From: an uncultured Chthonomonadaceae bacterium
GTDB lineage: Bacteria > Armatimonadota > Chthonomonadetes > Chthonomonadales > Chthonomonadaceae
Length of the DNA stretch: 64,000 bases
NCBI GenBank assembly: GCA_963835065.1
Contig: CAWIEK010000037.1
Coordinates: forward strand, 128,001 to 192,000
Direction: 5' to 3'
Numbering within the stretch: the first letter of the stretch is position 1; each line of letters starts with the position of its first letter. Below the pieces are notes generated by a model. That model had not been told where the DNA came from and ran no database searches. It saw only the letters and a list, made by a program, of their open reading frames with translations. The translations under genes and the position numbers were made by a program. Shown piece after piece: positions 9,829-19,908 of the stretch.

Positions 9829-10857
9829 TTACAAACTGCGCCCAATAGCCTGAGCGATTTTTTCCAGTTCGTGCATGGTGGCGCGGAACTGTTCGGGCGT
9901 CAGGGATTGCGCCCCGTCAGACAGGGCTTGCTGCGGGCAGGGGTGTACCTCCACAATCAGGCCGTCGGCTCCCGCGGCGATGGCGGCGCGGCTTAACGCG
10001 GGAACGTAACGCGCCACGCCCACGCCGTGCGAGGGGTCTACGATCACGGGCAGGTGCGACATGTGCTTGAGGACAGGAACGGCGTTCAGGTCGAGCGTGT
10101 TGCGGGTATACGCGCGGTCAAGCGGATGGACGCCGCGCTCGCACAGCATCACATCCTGCGTCCCATGATGCAGCAGGTACTCGGCGGCCAGCAGAAACTC
10201 GTCAATGGACGCGCTCGGCCCGCGCTTGAGCAGGGTGGGATGCCCGGAGCGTCCCGCCGCGATGAGCAGGGGATAGTTCTGCATGTTCCGCGCCCCGATT
10301 TGCAGTATGTCCACGTGCGCGGCCACTTTTTCCACGTCTTCGGGTGACATCACTTCCGTAATCGTCAGGATGCCCAACTCGTCGCCGACTTCCTTGAGCA
10401 GTTTCAAGCCTTCCACGCCCAAGCCCTGAAAGGCGTAGGGGGAAGTGCGGGGCTTGTACGCGCCGCCGCGCAAAACTTTCGCGCCCCCCGCCTGTACCGC
10501 GCGGGCGGACGCGAAAATCTGGTCGCGGGTTTCCACGCTGCACGGCCCGGCCATAACCACGCACTGATTGCCGCCGATTTCAACCCCCTTAATGTTGATA
10601 ACCGTGTCCACGCGGTGAAATTCGCGGGACGCCAGTTTATACGGGCGGCTGATCTGTACGACGTGATCCACGCCGGGCAGAGCAGACAGGGAGGTGGAAA
10701 GCGGTTCGCGCACATCGGGCGGAATGGCGCTGGCAACGCCGATAGCGACATGCTCGTCGCCGGGCAGGCGCAATGCCTGCATTTTGTAATGTTCGATGCG
10801 CCCGACAACATCGTCTATCTGTTCGGGCGTGGCTTCCTGGTTCATCAGTACCATCAT
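9829..10857 (-). CDS. aroF: DAHP synthase type I-beta with N-terminal regulatory domain
   Basis: AGPCSVE, RGGAYKPRTSPY, QIGARNMQN, LLKRG, DPSHG motifs. Confidence 0.95.
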   Translation of the reverse strand: MMVLMNQEATPEQIDDVVGRIEHYKMQALRLPGDEHVAIGVASAIPPDVREPLSTSLSALPGVDHVVQISRPYKLASREFHRVDTVINIKGVEIGGNQCVVMAGPCSVETRDQIFASARAVQAGGAKVLRGGAYKPRTSPYAFQGLGVEGLKLLKEVGDELGILTITEVMSPEDVEKVAAHVDILQIGARNMQNYPLLIAAGRSGHPTLLKRGPSASIDEFLLAAEYLLHHGTQDVMLCERGVHPLDRAYTRNTLDLNAVPVLKHMSHLPVIVDPSHGVGVARYVPALSRAAIAAGADGLIVEVHPCPQQALSDGAQSLTPEQFRATMHELEKIAQAIGRSL

Positions 10858-10898
10858 TGGTTTGCTGCTTTCTGTTTCTGTTCTCGTCGTTGAAAATA

Positions 10899-10943
10899 AG
10901 TTCAGGTATTCAGGTGTTCGGTGTTCAGGTCTTCGGTATTGGT
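10899..10943 (+). repeat. Single degenerate octamer array (GGTGTTCA-like)
   Basis: ttcaggtattcaggtgttcggtgttcaggtcttcggt. Confidence 0.7.
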
Positions 10944-11060
10944 TTGTATTGTGACCGAAATTGCCCGTTCTGCGCAAGAGACAATTTGAACGGATGCTTA
11001 ATTTGCGCGTAGTTGCTGATGTGGCGGCAGTAATAAACAAACCAACATGAAGGACACGAT

Positions 11061-12366
11061 ATGGCTCTATTAGATGTACGAATGGCGCGGCGGCAGTTTA
11101 CTTCCCTGGCGCAAACGTGGGAGGGACAGCCCGCCGTTTTCTTTGACAATCCGGGCGGGACGCAGGTTCCCGATGGCGTGATTGAGGCGACTGTGCGCTA
11201 TTACCGGGAGCAGAACGCCAATGTCGGCGGCGCGTTTCCGACCAGTCGGCGTACCGATGACGTGGTGACGCGGGCGCGGCAGGACATGGCCGACCTGCTC
11301 AACGTCGCGCATCCGCATGAAATCGTTTTCGGCGCGAACATGACCACGCTGACGTTTCATCTGGCGCGCTCGCTTGCAGACACAATACAGCCCGGCGACG
11401 AAATTGTCGTCACCAATCTGGATCACGACGCCAATGTCGCGCCCTGGACGGATTTGAAGGCGCAGGGTGCAGTCGTAAAAATCGTGGATATTGATACCAA
11501 CGATTGTACGCTGTCATTGGACGGTTTTCGGGAGGTTTTGTCGGAGCGGACGAAACTGGTAGCGATTTCTCACGCTTCCAATGCGGTAGGAACGGTTCCC
11601 GACGTATCCGCGATTACCCGGTTGGCGCATGAAGTGGGCGCTTTGGTGTTTGTGGATGCGGTTCAGTTCGCGCCGCATGGCCCAATTGACGTGCAGGCAT
11701 TAGATTGCGATTTTCTGGCCTGCTCCGCGTACAAGTTTTTCGGCCCGCACGTTGGCATCCTGTACGGCAAAGCCGAACATCTGGAGCGCCTGACGCCACA
11801 CAAAGTACGCCCCTCCAAAAACGCGATTCCGTATCGGTGGGAAACGGGTACACTCAACCATGAAGGGCTTGGCGGGCGTGTCGGCAGCCGTGCAGTACCT
11901 TTCCACATTGACGCAGGGAGGAATACAGGCGGCAGGCGGCACTTCTCTAAACGGATCGGACACGAACATAGCCGCAGCAGAACCGCATCACAAGCCGCGC
12001 CGTCACGACACGCTGGGCAAAGCGATGCAAATGGTGAAAGCGTATGAGGAAACGCTGTCGGCCTACTTGCTGGAACGCTTGAAACCGTTTGAAGACATTA
12101 CCTTGTACGGCATTGCCGACGCAGGACGCCTTGCCAATCGCGTACCGACTTTTGCGTTCACCTGGCCGCGCTTATCGCCCCGCGCAACGGTTGAGCATCT
12201 GGCGCAGCATGGTATCGCCGCCTGGTCCGGCAACTATTACGCCCTGCGCCTGATGGAGCGTTTGGGATTGGAAGCGGAGGGCGGGGCCGTCCGCATCGGG
12301 CTGGCGCACTACAACACCACTGAAGAGATTGACCGCTTGATTGCCGCGCTCCATGAGGTTCACTAA
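11061..12366 (+). CDS. Cysteine desulfurase-like class V aminotransferase, frameshift near 11866
   Basis: FFDNPGGTQVP, LDHDAN, DAVQFAPH, CSAYKFFGPH (PLP lysine). C-terminus continues in ORF 11860-12366. Confidence 0.88.
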
Positions 12367-12368
12367 AC

Positions 12369-14390
12369 ATGACAAAATTCACGTTATGGTTGTGCTGCCT
12401 GCTGCTGATGGCGGGAACCGCGCAGGCTGCGGAACATAAACTTACGCTGACGCCCAACATGGTGATTAACGAAACCGGGCTTGGCAATGCGGCCTTGCTG
12501 GTGGATGAGCAGGAACAGGTTGGCGACCCGGCGAGCGGCAAGGCGCAGGCTCCCGCGCATCCGTTCTTTCCCGGCTGGACGGCCTGGTACTATCCCGCGC
12601 ATGTGATTATTGATTTGGGCGCGAAACACCACGTCACACGGGTTTTTCTGTACAACGAGACCGGGCAGAATGAGGTCGTGGTTTCGCATGGCACACTGCT
12701 TGCCTGGAAACCGCAAACCGTCGCGCTGGACGGCTACCGAAATTGGAAGGCGTGTCAGATAGATGCCGATACGCGCTATCTGCGCTTGACATTGCCCCGG
12801 CCCGTTTCGCTGCCGGAGATCGTTGTTTATGGCGAACGACTCGAAGCCGCCCCGCCCGCGCCTGCGCCCCGAAAACGAACATTGCCGCTGATGCAGGATT
12901 TTATCGGCGCGAACGTGTTTATTGATGATCCGATAGACAAAATCGCCACGCCCATCGGGTTTGCGCGGGAGTACCATTCGTGGAGTTGGGATGTGGAAAA
13001 CGCCGACCTGCAAACGCGCTTTCAGCCGAGCGCGGCGGGCGGAGGCAATTCCTGGTTCTTCGATGATTACTATCGCAAACTGAAAAGTCAGGATGTGACC
13101 GTTTGCCCCGCAATGCAGGGCTTGGTGACAGCCCTGTATCCGGGCGCGGATTTCGACCACAAGCCGGTGGACAAGACAGCCAATGACAAAGTGGGCGATG
13201 AAAAGGCCGGGAATAAAGAAGTCAATGCAAAAGAAGCCAACCCAATGGAAAGCCGCGCGGAAAATCCTGCCGCGTACCGCCGCCACGCCGCGCATTTGTT
13301 TCAGTACGCCGCCCGGTATGGCAGCCATTCCGTGCCGGATGAAAAGCTGGCGTTAGCATCCGGGCAGCCGCGCAAAAGCGGGTTGGGATTGCTGCGCTAT
13401 CTTGAAAACTGGAACGAACCGGACAAAACATGGCGGGGGCGGGAAGGCTTGTTTACGCCCTTTGAACTGGCCGCAATGTCGAGCGCGGATTACGACGGCG
13501 ATCAGGGCAGGATGGGCGCGAACATCGGCGTAAAGCAGGCCGACCCGAACCTGCGGCTGGTATTGGGCGGACTGGCAGGCTTGAACCTGGATTACTTACG
13601 CGCCATGAAACTGTGGGCGGACGCGCATCGGGGCGGCAGTTTCCCCGCCGACGCGCTGAACCTGCACCACTATTGCAGCACGGGCAACGAGCAGGGTTTC
13701 CAGCCGAACGGCAAGGGCATCAGCCCGGAAGACGATCATCTCAAGGAAAAATTGGCGTCCATCGTTGACTGGCGTAACCGCTATTTGCCGGACAAAGAAG
13801 TGTGGGTCACGGAGTTCGGGTACGATACCAACCCCAAATCGCCCCTCCATGCGCCTGCTCTTGGAACCCTGTCCGCCGAGCAGGTACAGGCCGCGTGGCT
13901 GGTACGCAGTTACTTCGCGCTGGCGGCGGCAGGCGTAGACCGGGCGGCAATGTTCATGCTGCGGGACGTGAAATCGGATGGCGGCGGCGTGTTCGAGACA
14001 TGCGGATTGGTGACGGAAAAAGGCAAGTGGGAACCAAAACCTTCTTGGTACTACGTGGCAACGCTGAAACACCATCTTGCAAATATGCGCTTTGCCGGAG
14101 AAGTGGCTTCAGGAAGGCCGGACGTGCTAATCTATGAGTTTCAAGGCACACACAAGCGCGAAAGCGTGTATGCCGTCTGGTGTCCCACAAGCGAAGACAA
14201 GCATATAGCAGGCTACCATTTCCCGCGCAAAATTGCCGACACAGATCATACAGCGCAAATCACGCTGACCAACGGCAAAACGGAAGGCAGCAGCCAGCCG
14301 TTACGCAGTGAGAACGGAACGCTGTCCCTTGCCGTCAGCGAAACGCCCATACTGCTGCGCGTTACGAAAGCAGTTTCTGCCGGAAAGTAA
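12369..14390 (+). CDS. Secreted glycoside hydrolase (GH-A clan-like) with N-terminal beta-sandwich
   Basis: Signal peptide, WNEPD acid/base motif and VWVTEFG nucleophile motif. Confidence 0.75.
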   Translation: MTKFTLWLCCLLLMAGTAQAAEHKLTLTPNMVINETGLGNAALLVDEQEQVGDPASGKAQAPAHPFFPGWTAWYYPAHVIIDLGAKHHVTRVFLYNETGQNEVVVSHGTLLAWKPQTVALDGYRNWKACQIDADTRYLRLTLPRPVSLPEIVVYGERLEAAPPAPAPRKRTLPLMQDFIGANVFIDDPIDKIATPIGFAREYHSWSWDVENADLQTRFQPSAAGGGNSWFFDDYYRKLKSQDVTVCPAMQGLVTALYPGADFDHKPVDKTANDKVGDEKAGNKEVNAKEANPMESRAENPAAYRRHAAHLFQYAARYGSHSVPDEKLALASGQPRKSGLGLLRYLENWNEPDKTWRGREGLFTPFELAAMSSADYDGDQGRMGANIGVKQADPNLRLVLGGLAGLNLDYLRAMKLWADAHRGGSFPADALNLHHYCSTGNEQGFQPNGKGISPEDDHLKEKLASIVDWRNRYLPDKEVWVTEFGYDTNPKSPLHAPALGTLSAEQVQAAWLVRSYFALAAAGVDRAAMFMLRDVKSDGGGVFETCGLVTEKGKWEPKPSWYYVATLKHHLANMRFAGEVASGRPDVLIYEFQGTHKRESVYAVWCPTSEDKHIAGYHFPRKIADTDHTAQITLTNGKTEGSSQPLRSENGTLSLAVSETPILLRVTKAVSAGK

Positions 14391-14429
14391 GAGCCTCTCT
14401 CAGCAGGCGCGGCATTCACATCCACCTGT

Positions 14430-14653
14430 TGCCGGGTATTGAAAACGTCTGCTGTGAAATGGGATGCCGGGTACCGACACGAGCGTTCCGAGTGTTGAAA
14501 ACACCCGGCAGGAAAGAGCAAGCGTCTTGCAGACGCAACTTCCCGAAAGCAGGGGCGCGTCTGCAAGACGCTTGCTTTGTCCAGACAGGGGTTTTCAACC
14601 CCCGGTAAACCACACGGACGCTATTCCACAGCAAGCGTTTTCAATCCCCGGCC
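14430..14653. repeat. Family C palindromic element nested in a degenerate outer copy
   Basis: Core is the reverse complement of 9684-9804. Outer gccgggtattgaaaacg ... cgttttcaatccccggc. Confidence 0.75.
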
Positions 14654-14697
14654 ACTTGGAAGCAATTTGGCGCGGCGTAAAATGCTATACTAAACGC

Positions 14698-15699
14698 ATG
14701 GACGAGCGAGAATTCGTGAAGCGGAAACGGGAAGGGTGGGAGCAGCTTGCCGCGCTGGTCGAGAAGGCGAGCGGCAAAGGCAATGTCCGGGCGTTAAGCC
14801 GGGAGGAGCTGCTGGCGCTTGGCCCGTTGTATCGCCGCGCCTGTTCTGACCTGGCGTATGCCCGCGTTCATGCCGTCAGCGCGGACACCCTCGCGCACCT
14901 GAACCAACTCGTCGGGCAGGCACATGCCCTGCTGTACGAGGCCGAACACTCCGGGCGCGCGCTGCGTTCCGTCGTAGACTTCTACCTGTACGATTTCCCC
15001 GCCCTGCTGCAAAAACACGTCCGCTACTTTCTCGCCGCTTTCGGCCTGACCCTGATTGGCGCGTTTTACGCCTACTGGTTCGTGCAGACGCATCCCACGC
15101 AGGAAGAGGTTTTCATTCCGCCGCAGTTCAAGAGTTCGTTCGAGCATTGGAAGAACGGAGCCGGGGCGCAGGACCCGAGCGCGGAAATGTCGGGCTTTCT
15201 CTTTACCAACAATCAGCGTGTGGGCTTGTTCGCGTATGCGTCCGGCGTGGCGGCGGGCGTCCCGACGTGCTACCTTCTTTTTAATAACGGCGCGACGCTC
15301 GGCGCGTTGTCCGCAGTGGTCACGCAATCCCACCAACACGCGCATTTATGGCCGGGTATTTTGCCGCACGGCATTGCCGAACTGACGGCGATTTTCATTT
15401 GCGGCGGCGCGGGCCTGCTGATTGGCGGTTCCCTTCTGCTGCCCGGACGCTATCGCCGCTCCGAGTCCTTCCGCAAAGCCGGCTTGGAGTCTATCTATCT
15501 CGTTTTGGGCACAATCCCCCTGTTTGTGTTCGCGGGCATCGTGGAGGGGATGTTTTCGCATCTTGGACTGCCCGGCTGGATGCGCCTATTATTTGCCGGA
15601 TTGAACGGCGTCCTGTGGTACATCTATCTGTTCCTGCCGCGCCGCAAGCCGGAACCCGCCGCCCCGCCGCCAACTTCGCGGAACTTGACTGCCGCGTAG
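14698..15699 (+). CDS. SpoIIM/DUF95 family membrane protein
   Basis: MDEREFV...W start, LYRRACSDLA, FTNNQRV, ILPHGIAEL, AGIVEG motifs. Confidence 0.85.
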   Translation: MDEREFVKRKREGWEQLAALVEKASGKGNVRALSREELLALGPLYRRACSDLAYARVHAVSADTLAHLNQLVGQAHALLYEAEHSGRALRSVVDFYLYDFPALLQKHVRYFLAAFGLTLIGAFYAYWFVQTHPTQEEVFIPPQFKSSFEHWKNGAGAQDPSAEMSGFLFTNNQRVGLFAYASGVAAGVPTCYLLFNNGATLGALSAVVTQSHQHAHLWPGILPHGIAELTAIFICGGAGLLIGGSLLLPGRYRRSESFRKAGLESIYLVLGTIPLFVFAGIVEGMFSHLGLPGWMRLLFAGLNGVLWYIYLFLPRRKPEPAAPPPTSRNLTAA

Positions 15700-15716
15700 C
15701 GCGTAAAGTCAGGAGC

Positions 15717-15869
15717 AGGGTGTTCAGGTATTCGGGTGTTCAGGTGTTCGGGTACTCAGGTATTGGCGCTCTCTTTAGTCTTAGCTGTCAAGACGTACAA
15801 ACTCGGATTCTCAATACCTGAACACCTGAACACCAAACACCTGAACACCTGAACACCGGAGACCTGACC
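15717..15869. repeat. Inverted octamer arrays (GGTGTTCA)n ... (TGAACACC)n
   Basis: Arms at about 15717-15766 and 15812-15869. Confidence 0.88.
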
Positions 15870-15871
15870 GT

Positions 15872-17875
15872 ATGCCTCAATCCGAACCGGATGGCTGTCC
15901 GCGCGACGCGCTTGCCCAATTGCGCCAACGATACCCCGACGCTCCTTTTCTGGCGTTGGGGCAAACCGTCTTTTGGGACGAACCCGTGAAGGCCGCGCTG
16001 CGCAAACTGCTGGATGACAACCATCTCGGCGGGCATATCATACTGGGCGTTCACGACACGGACTATTTCGCCAAAGCGCAATTGCCGTACTCCAAGCAGA
16101 AACGGTTCGCGCTGATGCCGCACAACGACGGCAGCACCAAATCTCTGTGGTCGGCGGCGGGCGAAATCTCTACCCTGTTCGGCAGCGAAACCTTTCCCAC
16201 GCGGCACGATTACGCGCGCTGCGGCGTGGCGTTTCGTAAATTGGCCCGCGCCCATCCCGGCGGGGCGCAGGCGTTTTTGGATGACCTGACCGAAGCGTGG
16301 GGCTGGCGCGGGCTGGTGTATACGGGTTCGCGTGACCTGATCGTACATTACCTGCCGCTCAAGGAAGTCGGCGACGGCATTATGGAAATGCTGCGGTGGG
16401 GCTTCGACAACGCCCTGTCGCAAATCGTGCCCGGCTGCTGTCAGGACGAGGCGAAGCGCGTTACCGATACCATCATGGGCTGGTGCGCCGACTTTCGGCA
16501 GGCCAACCCCGACAAAAACCTCACCCATCTATTTCAGCACTTATTGCCCCTGTTTTATGAATTGCTGCTTGGTTCGCCACTCCAAAACATCAGCGTAGAC
16601 TGCACCACGAACCTGCTCCGCCTGACCCCGGCAACAGCGCATCGGCCCCGCTTCCGCTTTGTAGATTTGTTTCTCAATCCCGATACGCGCGAACACGCCC
16701 TCCATGCCTACAATACCGCGCTTGCCGGTTCGGAAATGTACACGCTGGATCGTTTTGGCGCGGGCGCATTGCCATTTGACATTATCCTGCCGGAACGGGG
16801 CCGGGGAACCCTGCGCGTGACGCCCCGCGTCCTCTTCGTGGAAACCCGGCAGCCCGTCGCCATCGGCCTGAAGAAACCTGTCGAATCCATACAGGAATTG
16901 GCGGAAATTTTGAACCGCAAATTAGGCGATGAGATTACACTCGTCGGTAAAGCGGTATCCCTTGTTTCCATGCTGGCGCAGGAGTTTATCTTTGTTTTCA
17001 ATGAGGAAGGCTCGCTGTATGTGCGCCGAACCCGGCAAATGAACGACATGCTGGCGGAAAAAGGGATTGCCTTAGATATGCGCCCCATTCTGCGCATGCG
17101 CTATCATACTTGGGACGCGCTGTGTGTGGGCAAATCCACCCTGCGCCCCACCGAGCATCTTGCCGCTGCTTTCGGACAGAAAACCATTACCACGCCCGAA
17201 TTCGCCGCGCACTGGAAGCAGGTGATTCAGGAACAGCGCCAGTTGTGCAAGGACATTGCGCAGGTACACAAGCCCTTGCAGTTGCTCCAATTCTTACAAA
17301 AACGCAGCAGCACAGAGGATTGGGAGGAGCAAACGCGCGCCCACCAAAAGGCCAAACAACTCCTCTATGAGAATTGGGAAGAAGCGGCAGTCCTTCAGAA
17401 GCAGATTGACGCGCTTTACGCCACCCGGCGTCAACTGAAACAGCGCAGTCTGGAAACCCAAACGGCGCAGGGAGCGCATTTTCGCAGCGTAAGCGAATGG
17501 ACACCTGAAGCCCATGCAACCCGCGCCGCTTATAAGGAAGCAGCGCGCGCTCTGTGCCTGCAAAAGCGAAGTGTGTGCGGCGAAATTCGAGAGTTAAAAG
17601 TGCGCCGCCTTGCCCTGGAGCGCAGCGCGGATGCTGTTAATGCCCGCGAAACCCTTGCCCAAATCGAAGCCCGCGCCGAACTGGCGCGTATGCAGCTTGT
17701 GCGTAACGCCCTGCTGACCATTGAAGGCTTGACTCACACCAACCATCGCCCATCCGTCTGGTGGCTGCCCGTACTCGATCCCGCCGGCGACTGGTTCCGC
17801 CGCCTTGCGGACACGGCGGAAGTGTATATGGAACCTTTATTAAGGGGTCAGGAGTCAGGGGTCAGGGGCCAGTAA
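15872..17875 (+). CDS. Hypothetical protein with C-terminal coiled coil
   Basis: 667-aa ORF with host-like codon usage. No family confidently recognised. Confidence 0.75.
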   Translation: MPQSEPDGCPRDALAQLRQRYPDAPFLALGQTVFWDEPVKAALRKLLDDNHLGGHIILGVHDTDYFAKAQLPYSKQKRFALMPHNDGSTKSLWSAAGEISTLFGSETFPTRHDYARCGVAFRKLARAHPGGAQAFLDDLTEAWGWRGLVYTGSRDLIVHYLPLKEVGDGIMEMLRWGFDNALSQIVPGCCQDEAKRVTDTIMGWCADFRQANPDKNLTHLFQHLLPLFYELLLGSPLQNISVDCTTNLLRLTPATAHRPRFRFVDLFLNPDTREHALHAYNTALAGSEMYTLDRFGAGALPFDIILPERGRGTLRVTPRVLFVETRQPVAIGLKKPVESIQELAEILNRKLGDEITLVGKAVSLVSMLAQEFIFVFNEEGSLYVRRTRQMNDMLAEKGIALDMRPILRMRYHTWDALCVGKSTLRPTEHLAAAFGQKTITTPEFAAHWKQVIQEQRQLCKDIAQVHKPLQLLQFLQKRSSTEDWEEQTRAHQKAKQLLYENWEEAAVLQKQIDALYATRRQLKQRSLETQTAQGAHFRSVSEWTPEAHATRAAYKEAARALCLQKRSVCGEIRELKVRRLALERSADAVNARETLAQIEARAELARMQLVRNALLTIEGLTHTNHRPSVWWLPVLDPAGDWFRRLADTAEVYMEPLLRGQESGVRGQ

Positions 17876-17962
17876 CTACAATCTACATCCTCTGCCTGCT
17901 TGTAAGCAGAGGTGTTTGTGTAGTTCTCACCCCTGACCCCTTACTCCTGACCCCTGACCCCT
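17843..17962. repeat. Inverted heptamer arrays (AGGGGTC)n ... (GACCCCT)n
   Basis: Left arm overlaps the last codons of the upstream gene (GQESGVRGQ). Confidence 0.88.
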
Positions 17963-17969
17963 ACTGCCT

Positions 17970-19838
17970 ATGATCTCCCTACCCGACCATATCCCGGACC
18001 TGCGCCGCTTGTACGGATTTCGCGCCGTGATTGTGCTGCTGCTTGGCATGATCGGCCTGCGGCTGTGGTATTTGCAGCTTGTCAAGAACGCGGAACTGGC
18101 GGAACTGTCGCAAACGCAGAGCGTGAAAATGCTGCGCCGGGTCGCGCCGCGCGGCGTGATTATGGACGCCAAAGGCGCGGTGCTTGCGACGAGCCGCGCC
18201 AAGTTCGTGGTTTCGCTTTCTCCTGACGACGCCAAAAAGCACCCGGAAACCCTCTCGCGGCTGGCATTATTGTTAGGCGTGAAGGAGGACGACCTGCGCG
18301 GCAAGGTGCTGCCGATGCAAATGGGGCCGAACGGGATGAAGATTGTGCTGCGCGGCAAGCCGTTCGATCCCGTGCCGCTGGATCGGGATGTTAGTATCAA
18401 GGTGCTGTCGCAGATCGAGGAGCAGCGTCTGGATTTGCCCGGCGTTGTCGTCAGCCGCGATCCCGTTCGCTATTATAAAGATAACATGACGTGCGCCCAT
18501 TTGCTCGGCTTGACGGGGCTGATTAACGAAGAGCAGATGCGCAATCCCAAGTTTGCAAACTATCACGGCGGCGATTACGTGGGGCGCAACGGCCTGGAAG
18601 CGTATTATGAGTCGGAACTGCGCGGCGAGGATGGCGGCGAGTATGTGACCGTAGATGCGCGGGGCCGGACACTGCGGCAGCTGCGCGCGGATAAGCCGCG
18701 TCCGGGGCACGACCTGAAACTTGCGCTGGACATGGGCTTGCAGCGCGCGGCCTACGATCTGCTGAAAGCGCAGTTTGACGGCAAAAACGCGCGGCATCCC
18801 GGCTCGCATACGGGCGCGATTGTGGCGCTGGATCCGGCGAATGGCGAAGTGCTGGCGATGGTCAGCATGCCCTCCTACGATCTGAACACGTATGGAGAAA
18901 AATATGACGCGCTGGGAGAAGACGAGACGCAGCCCCTTTTTAACCGCGCCACAAGCGCAGCCCTGCCCTGTGGCTCACCGTTCAAACTGGTTACGGCGGC
19001 GGCGGGGCTGGAATCCGGTAAAATCGGGCAGTACACGACTTATTTTTGTCCCGGCTACAAGCGAATCGGCAATCGGATTTTCAAATGTGATGAAGTGCAT
19101 CGCAGCACGGCCTTTGAAAAGGCGATTGGCGCGTCCTGCAACGTGTACTTTTATTCCGTTGGCGAGGAAGTCGGCCCGGACGCGCTTGCAGAGTGGGCAA
19201 AGCGGTTCGGGTTGGGCAAGACAACGGGCATAGACCTGCCTTCCGGCAGACCGGGATTAATTCCCTCGCCCTCGTGGAAGCGCAAGGTAGCGCGCGACCC
19301 CGCTAACAAAGTCTGGTATCCGGGTGAAACCGCCAATATGTCTATCGGGCAGGGCGACGTGCAGGTAACGCCTATTCAATTGGCGAACTACACGGCAGCC
19401 CTTGCCAACGGCGGCACGTTGTGGCGTCCGCATCTGGTACGCGCCATCATGGACACGTCCGGCTCCAAGCCAACCGTTATTAAAACCATACAGCCCGAAG
19501 CGCGGGGGCATTTGGGCCTGAAACCGGAAAACTTGCAGTTGATTGTGGCGGGAATGCGCAAGACCATGCAGAAGGGCGGCACGGCGTTCGCGTCCGCGAT
19601 TCCGGGTTTGGAGATTGCGGGCAAAACCGGCACGGTGGAAATCAAGAAACAACGCAATTCTATGTTCGTGTGCTTTGCCGGACTGCCGGGAGAAAAACCC
19701 CGCATTGCCCTTGCCATCCTGGTGGAGGGCGGAGGATACGGTTCCGAAACCGCCGCGCCCATCGCCCGCAGCCTGCTGTCCGAGTATTTCCATATTCCTA
19801 TCAGCCCAATTGAGACTGTCGGCAATGCGCGGGACTGA
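17970..19838 (+). CDS. mrdA: Penicillin-binding protein 2
   Basis: N-terminal TM, RLWYLQ, APRG, GSPFK (SxxK), SCN (SxN), KTGT. Confidence 0.92.
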   Translation: MISLPDHIPDLRRLYGFRAVIVLLLGMIGLRLWYLQLVKNAELAELSQTQSVKMLRRVAPRGVIMDAKGAVLATSRAKFVVSLSPDDAKKHPETLSRLALLLGVKEDDLRGKVLPMQMGPNGMKIVLRGKPFDPVPLDRDVSIKVLSQIEEQRLDLPGVVVSRDPVRYYKDNMTCAHLLGLTGLINEEQMRNPKFANYHGGDYVGRNGLEAYYESELRGEDGGEYVTVDARGRTLRQLRADKPRPGHDLKLALDMGLQRAAYDLLKAQFDGKNARHPGSHTGAIVALDPANGEVLAMVSMPSYDLNTYGEKYDALGEDETQPLFNRATSAALPCGSPFKLVTAAAGLESGKIGQYTTYFCPGYKRIGNRIFKCDEVHRSTAFEKAIGASCNVYFYSVGEEVGPDALAEWAKRFGLGKTTGIDLPSGRPGLIPSPSWKRKVARDPANKVWYPGETANMSIGQGDVQVTPIQLANYTAALANGGTLWRPHLVRAIMDTSGSKPTVIKTIQPEARGHLGLKPENLQLIVAGMRKTMQKGGTAFASAIPGLEIAGKTGTVEIKKQRNSMFVCFAGLPGEKPRIALAILVEGGGYGSETAAPIARSLLSEYFHIPISPIETVGNARD

Positions 19839-19908
19839 CAAAAGGGGTGTTGGGTGTTGGGTATCGGGTGTCGCAACGCTCAAACGAAAATTCCTAAAAG
19901 GAAAATTT

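Noticed and set aside
14464..14697. N-terminal extensions in the ORF track (also 19543, 8543, 11040, 28260, 3795)
   Set aside because: They translate repeat elements or overlap neighbouring genes, and better starts with SD or -10 signals lie downstream.
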